From: Bacteroidales bacterium
GTDB lineage: Bacteria; Bacteroidota; Bacteroidia; Bacteroidales; CG2-30-32-10
Assembly: GCA_035421345.1 (NCBI GenBank)
Contig: DAOLWT010000001.1
Coordinates: forward strand, 1-31,760
Direction: 5' to 3'
DNA length: 31,760 nt
The notes below the pieces were generated by a model. It was not told the DNA's origin. It was given only the letters and a program-made list of their open reading frames with translations, and did no database searches. Made by a program: the position numbers and the translations under genes. Below, piece by piece: positions 7,454-15,256 of this stretch; within the stretch, counting starts at the first letter, position 1, and each line of letters opens with the position of its first letter.

Positions 7454-7915
7454 ATGAAATTACATAAGTTTTTGTTTATCTTACTTATAATAATAAATTT
7501 TTCATCCTGTTCAAATAATTATTATAACTCATATGAGATAAAAAATATTACATTTAAAATAACCCAAATAAATTTATTAGGGTTTACAGAATATTTTTAT
7601 GTTATAAATAATAAACAGATAACAATAGATTCAATAATAAATGAAACTGATTTTAAAAGAGTTTATACAAAAAAGATTAATATAAATGAATATAAAAAGA
7701 TTGCAGTTATTTTGCCAGAATTAATAAAATTAGATAGTGTATATATAAATGATTCTGTTATAGATGGAATTGATGATGAAATTTGTATTTATAACAAAAA
7801 CAAAGAAATAAAAAAAATAACAATTAGTAATAGTAAAATATCGATAATAGATTCTTTGTATTTTAATATAAATAAATTAATAATAAATAAATCATTAATG
7901 TTGTTATCTCTTTGA
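7454..7915 (+). CDS. Putative immunity lipoprotein 4
   Basis: Lipobox FSSC after a hydrophobic stretch; first sizeable ORF after toxin 4. Confidence 0.55.
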   Translation: MKLHKFLFILLIIINFSSCSNNYYNSYEIKNITFKITQINLLGFTEYFYVINNKQITIDSIINETDFKRVYTKKININEYKKIAVILPELIKLDSVYINDSVIDGIDDEICIYNKNKEIKKITISNSKISIIDSLYFNINKLIINKSLMLLSL

Positions 7916-7950
7916 AGGAGATCGTTTAACGCATTGTGTCCCTCAGTTCC

Positions 7951-7988
7951 CTCCGTTCGCGCGCGTTTTAGCGTAGCGTAACGCGTGC
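7951..7988 (+). repeat. REP, inverted partner of 8969-8997
   Basis: CTCCGTTCGCGCGCGTTT[TAGCGTAGC]GTAACGCGTGC equals the reverse complement of 8969-8997 plus a 9-nt loop insertion. Confidence 0.9.
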
Positions 7989-8058
7989 AGAAATAATAAA
8001 ATTAAAGCGCCAAATAATACCGAAAGCATATATTTAATGGTCCAATAAATGAACTCTA

Positions 8059-8182
8059 GATGGCGCTCGTTGCAGCCGTTAGCACTTCAGATGGCGCTCG
8101 TTGCAGTCGTTCGCGCGCGTTTAACGCAGTGTAACGCGCCTGCCTTGCCGCCTGCATACCGATAGGCATGGTAGGCAGGTGC
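8059..8182 (+). repeat. REP cluster with doubly nested palindromes
   Basis: Two 21-mers (8060, 8091), then CGCGCGCGTT..AACGCG[CCTGCCTTGCCG[CCTGCATACCGATAGGCATG]GTAGGCAGG]TGC. Confidence 0.85.
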
Positions 8183-8264
8183 AAAATAGACGATTAAAGC
8201 GCCATCATAACAATCATAGCAAATATTTTTTTCAAATAAAAAAATAATTTATCTTCGTTTTGTT

Positions 8265-8952
8265 ATGTCAGAAAAATACAAAACAGCAGATTATACCAAT
8301 TGTTAATTTAAAATAATCCAACGGATATTTTAAATTTTACAATGGTAATACCGATGACATAGATTTTATAGTACAATTTATTGGACTATTATATCTATGC
8401 AATCGGTAAAAGGAAAAAGCGTATTTTGTAACGTTTACAATTATTGAATGGCTAAAAGTATTGCAAGATGATTCAAATAAAATGATTATCGTTGATGCAA
8501 TAAAATTTTATCAACAGCACCGGGGCTTGATTATATATGCATATTGTATAATGCCAAATCATGTGCATTTAATGGCTCAATCGAATGGAAAAGAAACACT
8601 TTCGGCAGTGTTACGCGATTTGAAAAAATACACATCGAAAGCGATGATAAAAAAATTAGAAAAAGAAAACAATGTTGAAACAAATAACGCATTAACTATT
8701 TTTAAAGAAGCCGGAGAAAAACTTAAACGAATAAAAAATTACAAAGTGTGGCAAGATGGAAATCGCCCCATGGTATTATATACGAACAAGTTTATTTGGC
8801 AAAAAATAAATTATATACATAACAACGCAGTGGAAGCAGGATTAGTATCAATACCAGAGGATTATATGTTTAGTTCAGCCCGGAACTATGCAGAATTGAA
8901 TAGTTTGCTTGAAATTGATTTGATTTCAAGAGAGTTAATAACAGTAAAATAA
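8265..8952 (+). pseudogene. REP-associated tyrosine transposase (RAYT, HUH/Y1 family), interrupted by the 118-bp element
   Basis: MSEKYKTA + insertion + KEKAYFVTFTIIEW...AYCIMPNHVHL (HUH)...VWQ...INYIHNN (catalytic Tyr)...SSARNY. Removing 8291-8408 gives a 189-aa ORF. Confidence 0.85.
8291..8408. mobile_element. 118-bp double-hairpin insertion element, copy 2
   Basis: Three substitutions relative to 135-252. Confidence 0.85.
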
Positions 8953-8968
8953 AAAAATAATTAATAAG

Positions 8969-8997
8969 GCACGCGTTACAAACGCGCGCGAACGGAG
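8969..8997 (-). repeat. REP at the 3' flank of the RAYT gene
   Basis: GCACGCGTTACAAACGCGCGCGAACGGAG, 16 nt after the RAYT stop. Confidence 0.9.
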
Positions 8998-9191
8998 TCT
9001 TTAAGTTTTCTTAATCGGCTTAAATAGATTTCTCGTTGTATCATTTGTTTTTTATACAAAGCTATAACTTATTGACGAAAAATCAAATAAATGTCATTTT
9101 TAGTCAATATAAATTGTTTTTACTTGCAAATGAAGTAATTAAAAAAAGTACCTTTTAAAGAAATATCGTTCGTGGGCAAAGCTTACCTCAA

Positions 9192-9263
9192 ATGGCGCCC
9201 GTTGCAGCCGTTAGCGCCTACCTAACGCCTGCCTTCCCTTTAGGCGGGCTACAAAGCAGGTGC
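9192..9263 (+). repeat. REP-like repeat with CCTGCC-type insertion (9228-9260)
   Basis: ATGGCGCCCGTTGCAGCCGTTAGCGCC...AACG[CCTGCC...GCAGG]TGC. Confidence 0.8.
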
Positions 9264-9279
9264 AGAAAACAATAAAATA

Positions 9280-9290
9280 TCTTGTCCTGA
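9280..9290 (+). repeat. Inverted repeat left of the DUF1016 gene
   Basis: TCTTGTCCTGA; its reverse complement is at 10481-10491. Confidence 0.5.
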
Positions 9291-9318
9291 TTTTTTAAAC
9301 AAATCTTTAAAATCACAA

Positions 9319-9350
9319 TTTGTGACCTTAAAATATATATATTAAATTTG
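9319..9350 (+). promoter_or_regulatory. Bacteroidota primary-sigma promoter of the DUF1016 gene
   Basis: TTTG (9319-9322), 20-nt spacer, TAAATTTG (9343-9350), 13 nt before the ATG. A short TCACA-ATT-TGTGA palindrome overlaps the -33 element. Confidence 0.75.
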
Positions 9351-9363
9351 TAAAAAAGTCACG

Positions 9364-10395
9364 ATGAATTTAGTACGAAATCCGGAAGATATATTTAATG
9401 ACCTGGTTAAACAGATCAGGTCTATTATATTAACATCACGCAAGAAGGTTTACGAAGTAATCAATAACGAATCATTAAAAACATATTGGGATATTGGCAA
9501 ACAAATAATAGAAAAAGAACAAGAAGGCAATCTCAGGGCGAAGTATGGCTCACAACTATTAATAAAATTATCCAAACAACTTACCAAGGATTTAGGTAAA
9601 GGGTTTTCCCGCTCCAATCTTCAAAATATGAGAAATTTTTATGTAGCTTATCCAAATTGCCAGACAGTGTCTGGCAATTTAAAATGGTCTCATTACTGCG
9701 AATTATTATCATTGGAAGATAAGGATAAACGCTCATTTTATGAACAGGAAAGCATAAACTCAAGCTGGAGTGTACGAGAACTGCAAAGGCAAATTGACAC
9801 ATCTTTATTTGAAAGGCTATTGCTATCGGATGGGAAAGCCAATAAACAAACTGTTTTGAAGCTATCACAACAAGGGCAGATTTTAGAAACTGCAACAGAT
9901 ATTATTAAAGATCCATATGTATTTGAGTTCTTAGGAATACCTGAAAAGAAACCCATATTAGAAAAGGAACTTGAAGAAAAGTTAATCCGGCATATAGAAA
10001 ATTTTTTATTAGAACTTGGAAAGGGGTTTATGTTTGTAGGATCGCAGCAACGTATAACCCTTGGTAATAGGCACGATTATGTTGATATGGTGTTTTACAA
10101 CAAAATAATTAAAGCGTATGTATTGATTGATTTAAAATCTAGAAAGATGAAACATGCTGATGTCGGACAAATGAACACTTATCTGAATTATTATAAAACC
10201 GAAATAAACGAAGAAACCGACAATGCTCCAATAGGAATAATATTATGTACATCGAAAGATAAAATCGAAGCTGAATACGCTTTAGGAGGTTTGAGTAATC
10301 AGATTTTTGCATCTACTTATGTTTTATATTTACCCGACAAAGAAATGTTATTAAAAGAAGTAGAAGATTTGTTACGTGAAGAAGCAGAAGAATAA
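9364..10395 (+). CDS. DUF1016/YhcG family PD-(D/E)XK nuclease
   Basis: YWDIGK.I, A.YG..L...LS..L, GFS..NL..MR.FY, L.WSHY, KDPY.FEFL, LLELGKGF.FVGSQ.R, DMVFYN, GQMN.YLNYY, PIGIILC. Confidence 0.92.
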   Translation: MNLVRNPEDIFNDLVKQIRSIILTSRKKVYEVINNESLKTYWDIGKQIIEKEQEGNLRAKYGSQLLIKLSKQLTKDLGKGFSRSNLQNMRNFYVAYPNCQTVSGNLKWSHYCELLSLEDKDKRSFYEQESINSSWSVRELQRQIDTSLFERLLLSDGKANKQTVLKLSQQGQILETATDIIKDPYVFEFLGIPEKKPILEKELEEKLIRHIENFLLELGKGFMFVGSQQRITLGNRHDYVDMVFYNKIIKAYVLIDLKSRKMKHADVGQMNTYLNYYKTEINEETDNAPIGIILCTSKDKIEAEYALGGLSNQIFASTYVLYLPDKEMLLKEVEDLLREEAEE

Positions 10396-10404
10396 AAGCC
10401 CTGC

Positions 10405-10493
10405 TGTCTCGTCCTAAATAAATTTACAGTTTAATACTTAAATTCTTATATAAATTTACCCTTTTTTGTTTAAACTTATTTCAGGACAAGACA
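10405..10493. repeat. Inverted repeat doublet right of the DUF1016 gene
   Basis: TGTCTCGTCCTAAAT (10405-10419) and ATTTCAGGACAAGACA (10478-10493). Confidence 0.45.
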
Positions 10494-10542
10494 TAAACAG
10501 ATTTATTTTATAATTTTACACTAAATAAAGATTTTATATAAG

Positions 10543-12225
10543 ATGAATTATATTATTAATATTCTTTCATTAGCAGGGTGTATCGGTTTATTCCTCTACG
10601 GTATGAAACTGATGAGCGAAAGCCTTCAACGCATAAGCGGGAATAAATTACGGTCGTTTACCAAATATATTGCTTCTTCCCGAATAAAAGCCGTTTTTTC
10701 GGGTTTATTTATTACTGCTCTATTACAAGCTTCTGCCGTTGTTAGCGTTATTACCCTTAGTTTTGTTAATGTCGGCATGCTCTCTCTTTCCGAATCTATC
10801 GGTATTTTATTGGGCGCCAATATTGGGACTACCATTAAAATATGGTTGCTATCGTTCATCGGGTTTAATTCGGAAATGGGATTAATTGCCTTACCCATAA
10901 TGGGTATTGCATTGCCTTTTTTATTTTCCAAAAAAGAAATTAGAAAAAATTGGAGTGAGTTTGTTTTTGGCTTTGCCCTCTTATTTTTTAGCTTAGACTT
11001 ACTTAACTATTTTTTCGATCAAACAAACGCAAATTCAGCATTAATGAGCCTGCTCGACGGTTTTTATTCGAATAGTTTTAGTGCTATTTTAATTTTTTTG
11101 TTGGCCGGAATTATTATTACTGCCTTGGTTCGCTCATCGAGTGCTATCATTGCGCTTACATTGGTTATGTGCGCCAATCAATGGATTTCGTTCGAATTAG
11201 GAGTAGCTACAATACTCGGTGCAAATATAGGAACCAGCATTACAGCAAATATAGCGGCCTTAGGAGCCAATGTTCATAGCAAACGGATGGCTATTTCGCA
11301 TACGCTGATAAAAGTAATCGGAGTAATATGGGTATTACTTATTTTTCAATGGTTTATTCAAGCAACAGATTATTTAACCCGACAAATTATAAATGAATCG
11401 CCACTTTCCAATGCTTCGGCAGCTCCTTTAGGACTTGCTGTATTTCATACTTTTTTTAATATTGCCAATACCATTCTTTTAATAGGGGCTATTCCTTGGC
11501 TGGCAAAAATAGCCGAGAAGTTAATTCCGGCAAAAAATAAAAAAGATGAGCTCTTTGGTTTAAAATATATTAATTCTCCGTTTTCTTCTTCCGAAATTGT
11601 TTTACAAGAAGCCGAAAAAGAAATTGTAAACTTAGCAAAGAGCTGTCGCAAACAATTTAGTCGTATTCCCGATTTGCTTAACGAAAAAGATGAAAATACA
11701 TATGAAAATCTTTTTAAAACTATTAAAGAACAGGAAGAAATAATAGATAAAATTGAAGATGAAATTAATGCCTATTTAAATCAAACGTACCGTGGCAAAT
11801 ACAGCGAGAAAGGCTTAAAGCGGGTAAAATCGATGCAGCGTATTATTAAAGAACTCGAGAATGTAGGCGATTTGGTTTATCACATGGCTAAAAGCATAAA
11901 CCGAAAAAATGTTCAACGGGCATGGTTTACAAACGAACAACGCGATAATTTAAAAGGAATGTATGCCTTGTTGTATTCCAGCTTTGAAGTTCTTATTGAA
12001 AACCTGGAAAAAGATTACGATAAGGTTGCTATTGATAAAGCGCAAATGCTCGAACTACAAATTAATAAGCTTAGAAGCGATTTAGTAAAGGAGCAGTTCG
12101 AAATACCCAATACTCCCGATACAAACTATAAAGGGATGATTATTTATGCCGACTTAATTTATGCTTCCGAGAAATTGGCCGATCACATATTTAATATCAA
12201 TGAAGCCATAATGGGCTTAAAATAA
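10543..12225 (+). CDS. Na+/phosphate cotransporter family protein with PhoU-like C-terminal domains
   Basis: GLFLYGMKLMSESLQ, two GANIGT repeats and a C-terminal helical region with ELENVGD and EKLADH. Confidence 0.92.
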   Translation: MNYIINILSLAGCIGLFLYGMKLMSESLQRISGNKLRSFTKYIASSRIKAVFSGLFITALLQASAVVSVITLSFVNVGMLSLSESIGILLGANIGTTIKIWLLSFIGFNSEMGLIALPIMGIALPFLFSKKEIRKNWSEFVFGFALLFFSLDLLNYFFDQTNANSALMSLLDGFYSNSFSAILIFLLAGIIITALVRSSSAIIALTLVMCANQWISFELGVATILGANIGTSITANIAALGANVHSKRMAISHTLIKVIGVIWVLLIFQWFIQATDYLTRQIINESPLSNASAAPLGLAVFHTFFNIANTILLIGAIPWLAKIAEKLIPAKNKKDELFGLKYINSPFSSSEIVLQEAEKEIVNLAKSCRKQFSRIPDLLNEKDENTYENLFKTIKEQEEIIDKIEDEINAYLNQTYRGKYSEKGLKRVKSMQRIIKELENVGDLVYHMAKSINRKNVQRAWFTNEQRDNLKGMYALLYSSFEVLIENLEKDYDKVAIDKAQMLELQINKLRSDLVKEQFEIPNTPDTNYKGMIIYADLIYASEKLADHIFNINEAIMGLK

Positions 12226-12264
12226 ACCTTTTTTAATTTTACTAAAAATAAGGAAACGGAAATA

Positions 12265-12786
12265 TTATTGTTTTTTTACAATAATTTCGGGTGTTCTAAT
12301 GGTATTGCTTTTGTTTAAAGCCCTGTCAATTATAAAAACATCAAAACAAATGGTATCGAAAGGCGAAGGGGGTTTTGGATTATTAATAAAAAGCTCCACA
12401 TTAATATCTCCTTTTATGGCTTTATTTTTTCCTTCGGGGGTAATTACCATAATACGACCGTTATTGGTCATAGGGAGTGAATCAGCCAAAAATATTCCGT
12501 TATGCTTACGATAATAGGTAATATATAAATTATAATAATATTCACTTTCAATATTATAAGGGGGTAAGGTATCCGATTCTGCCAAGCCTATATCTCCGTT
12601 GCCATCGGTAAAAGAAAAAGCAAGAATTCCTTTTTGGTCTATCCCTAAATCGTTTTCAATTTTGTAAAAACTTAGAAATTCAATAATAGGCGTTTCGGGA
12701 TAGGTCACTTTTTCCCTACAGGCCGTTTGCAAAAAAATTGCTGCAAAAAACAGAATTAACAGTATATTTGATTGTTTTTTCATCAT
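12265..12786 (-). CDS. Conserved hypothetical Bacteroidota lipoprotein
   Basis: Lipobox QTAC, FTDGNGDIG motif and its own TAnnTTTG promoter. Confidence 0.7.
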   Translation of the reverse strand: MMKKQSNILLILFFAAIFLQTACREKVTYPETPIIEFLSFYKIENDLGIDQKGILAFSFTDGNGDIGLAESDTLPPYNIESEYYYNLYITYYRKHNGIFLADSLPMTNNGRIMVITPEGKNKAIKGDINVELFINNPKPPSPFDTICFDVFIIDRALNKSNTIRTPEIIVKKQ

Positions 12787-12795
12787 ATTCTATTG

Positions 12796-12803
12796 CAAAT
12801 ATA
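12796..12803 (-). promoter_or_regulatory. -7 promoter element (TATATTTG) for the lipoprotein gene
   Basis: Matches TAnnTTTG, 9 nt upstream of the ATG. Confidence 0.6.
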
Positions 12804-12835
12804 ATAAAATAGAACGTAATAACCTTAACAATATT

Positions 12836-13831
12836 ATGTTACCTCCTTTCAAAAATAGCATATTTGAAATTAATAACGAAAACGATTTTAATGAATTAGC
12901 CATTCGTGTTTTTCAATATCAATATCAACATATTGAAATTTATACCCGTTATGTTAATCAAATTTGTAAGGATATACGTAATATTACGCATTATTCACAA
13001 ATTCCTTTTCTTCCTATTTCTTTTTTCAGAACTCACCCTATTCTTGCAACAAATAAACCTGCCGAAGCCGTATTTGAAAGCAGTGGTACTACGGGTTCTA
13101 TAAAAAGCCATCATTACGTTAGCGACCTTAGTATATATAAAAAAAGTGCCCTCCTTTCGTTCGAAAGATGCTATGGCGCTGTTTCCGATTATATTTTTTT
13201 AGCTCTATTGCCTTCTTATTTAGAAAGAAATAATTCTTCGTTAGTGTGGATGGCTCGTCTTTTTATGCAGGAAAGTAAATATAGTTCCGACTGCGGATTT
13301 TACTTAAATAATTACGATGAATTGCTTGAAAAACTTAAAAAATTATCGGAAAATAATTCCCCAAAAATAATTTTATTAGGCGTTTCTTATGCCTTGTTAG
13401 ATTTAGCAGAAAAAATGAAATCCCCTTTAAATAACGTTATTGTTATGGAAACCGGCGGTATGAAAGGGCAAAGAAAGGAAATAATAAGGGAAGAATTACA
13501 TGAAATTTTATGTCAAAAAATGGGTGTTAATTTTATTCATTCCGAATATGGCATGACTGAGCTTTTATCGCAAGCCTATTCCAAGGGGAAAGGTATTTAC
13601 AAAGCACCTCCCTGGATGAAAGTATTGATTCGCGAATTGAATGATCCTTTCTCGTATGTAGCAAGCGGCCGACAAGGAGGAATTAATATAATTGATTTGG
13701 CGAATATCAATTCCTGTTCTTTTATTTCTACAGAAGATATAGGGAAAACAACCTCCGATGGCTGTTTTGACGTATTAGGGCGTTTTGATTATAGCGATAC
13801 CCGAGGATGTAATTTAATGATACTCGATTAG
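12836..13831 (+). CDS. LuxE-like acyl-protein synthetase / acyl transferase (ANL superfamily)
   Basis: IPFLPISFF, FESSGTTG, METGGMKG, HSEYGMTELLSQAY, GGINIIDLAN, GRFDYSDTRGCN. Confidence 0.85.
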   Translation: MLPPFKNSIFEINNENDFNELAIRVFQYQYQHIEIYTRYVNQICKDIRNITHYSQIPFLPISFFRTHPILATNKPAEAVFESSGTTGSIKSHHYVSDLSIYKKSALLSFERCYGAVSDYIFLALLPSYLERNNSSLVWMARLFMQESKYSSDCGFYLNNYDELLEKLKKLSENNSPKIILLGVSYALLDLAEKMKSPLNNVIVMETGGMKGQRKEIIREELHEILCQKMGVNFIHSEYGMTELLSQAYSKGKGIYKAPPWMKVLIRELNDPFSYVASGRQGGINIIDLANINSCSFISTEDIGKTTSDGCFDVLGRFDYSDTRGCNLMILD

Positions 13832-13860
13832 GCTATTTTCCGAAATTTCCTTACTCCGTT

Positions 13861-15246
13861 TTATTTTCTGAATTTTTTAATAAAATCTTCCACTTCGGGA
13901 ACGCCTCCTTGGTAAACCAAATAACCATTATATGGTTCACGAGGGGTAATTTCATCGTTAATTGGGGTAAGCATAATTTCTCTCACCTTTTCCAGATCGT
14001 TGGTTTGGCCTAATGCCCATCCTAATTTAATATAGGCTGTTTCGGGTAACATATTTTCGGCAGGAATAATTCCTTTTGCCATAAGGTCGCGACCGGTATC
14101 ATATACAAACATATGCACGTATCCCCAAAGGGTTTGTAAGGTCATATAGATAGCAACTCCTTTTTTTGTTGCTCTTTCAATAGCCGGATAAATAGGTTTG
14201 TTAACATGCCCTAAGCCGGTTCCAATAATAATAATTCCTTTATATCCATTGTCTACCATAGAATCGATCATGTCGGGATTCATATTGGTATAATAATAAA
14301 GCATGCCCACTTTTTCTTCGAAATAAGGTAGAATCTTTACATTACGGTCTTTCCGACGAGGATTATATAAGCTTTTAATTGGTTTAACCCCTTCTCTAGT
14401 AACCGTAGCTAAAGGAGTATCACCAATAGTACGGAATGTTGAACGATACGAAGAATGCATTTTTCTTACACGGGTACCTCTGTGAAGAAACCCATATTCA
14501 TCGGATGTTGGACCATACATACAAACCATTACTTCTGCAATATCGCCGTGTCCGGCAGCGGTTGTTGCATGCATAAGATTAAGGGCCGCATCGGAAGAAG
14601 GTCTATCTGATGATCGTTGCGAACCTACCAAAACAATGGGAATAGGTGAATTCTGAACCATAAATGTTAAGGCAGCAGAAGTATAATGCAAGGTATCGGT
14701 ACCATGACCTATTACAATGCCGTCAATACCATTTTCTATTTCTTTTCCAATAGCAATGGCTAATTTCTTATATTGTTCCGGACCCATATTTTCGCTAAAA
14801 ACAGCAAAAACTTTTTCGGTAGTCAAATTACAAATATCGGCTAATTCAGGAACGGCACCATACAGTTCTCCCGGACTAAAAGCGGGAATAACGGCACCTG
14901 TTCTGTAATCGAGGCGCGAAGCAATAGTTCCACCGGTTCCTATGAGCTTTACTTTAGGTAAGCCTTCGGTATAGGGGAATTCTTTTTCAGGAATTTTATA
15001 ATTGGCTTTTTTATAACCAGTTTCTTTCATGTTGATAACGGTACTTGTGTCAATTCCAATATTATAACCAGTAGGAATTTTCAGTACGATATGCGTATCG
15101 TCATCATTTTCGGAACGAGGTAAAATAGTACCAATAAAACCCCCTCTCTTTGTTTCTATTTCTGCTTGTCCCCAAACTCGAACATTGAATTTTTTCAGCA
15201 TTTCTAATGCTGTTCCTTTATATCCTTGAAAAAAATCTTCTAACAT
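13861..15246 (-). CDS. gatD: Glu-tRNA(Gln) amidotransferase subunit D (archaeal-type)
   Basis: GatD-specific N-domain (GTILPRSE...HIVLKIPTGYNIG) plus asparaginase core GTGGTIASR, HGTDT, GSQRSSDRPSSD and RKMHSSYR. ATG at 15246 is preferred over TTG at 15270. Confidence 0.9.
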   Translation of the reverse strand: MLEDFFQGYKGTALEMLKKFNVRVWGQAEIETKRGGFIGTILPRSENDDDTHIVLKIPTGYNIGIDTSTVINMKETGYKKANYKIPEKEFPYTEGLPKVKLIGTGGTIASRLDYRTGAVIPAFSPGELYGAVPELADICNLTTEKVFAVFSENMGPEQYKKLAIAIGKEIENGIDGIVIGHGTDTLHYTSAALTFMVQNSPIPIVLVGSQRSSDRPSSDAALNLMHATTAAGHGDIAEVMVCMYGPTSDEYGFLHRGTRVRKMHSSYRSTFRTIGDTPLATVTREGVKPIKSLYNPRRKDRNVKILPYFEEKVGMLYYYTNMNPDMIDSMVDNGYKGIIIIGTGLGHVNKPIYPAIERATKKGVAIYMTLQTLWGYVHMFVYDTGRDLMAKGIIPAENMLPETAYIKLGWALGQTNDLEKVREIMLTPINDEITPREPYNGYLVYQGGVPEVEDFIKKFRK

Positions 15247-15256
15247 GCTATAATTT

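Noticed and set aside
8461-8952. 163-aa ORF as an intact RAYT
   Set aside because: Its TTG start lies downstream of the conserved YFVTFT..W segment; the real start is 8265. The usual NP after the catalytic Tyr also reads NA, a possible sign of decay.
4156-9212. Five copies of a 21-mer as a possible CRISPR array
   Set aside because: Copies are mostly kilobases apart and separated by genes. There are no regular 30-40 nt spacers and no cas genes.
12836-13831. LuxE-like gene as evidence of bioluminescence
   Set aside because: There are no luxCDAB neighbours, and stand-alone homologues are common in Bacteroidota.
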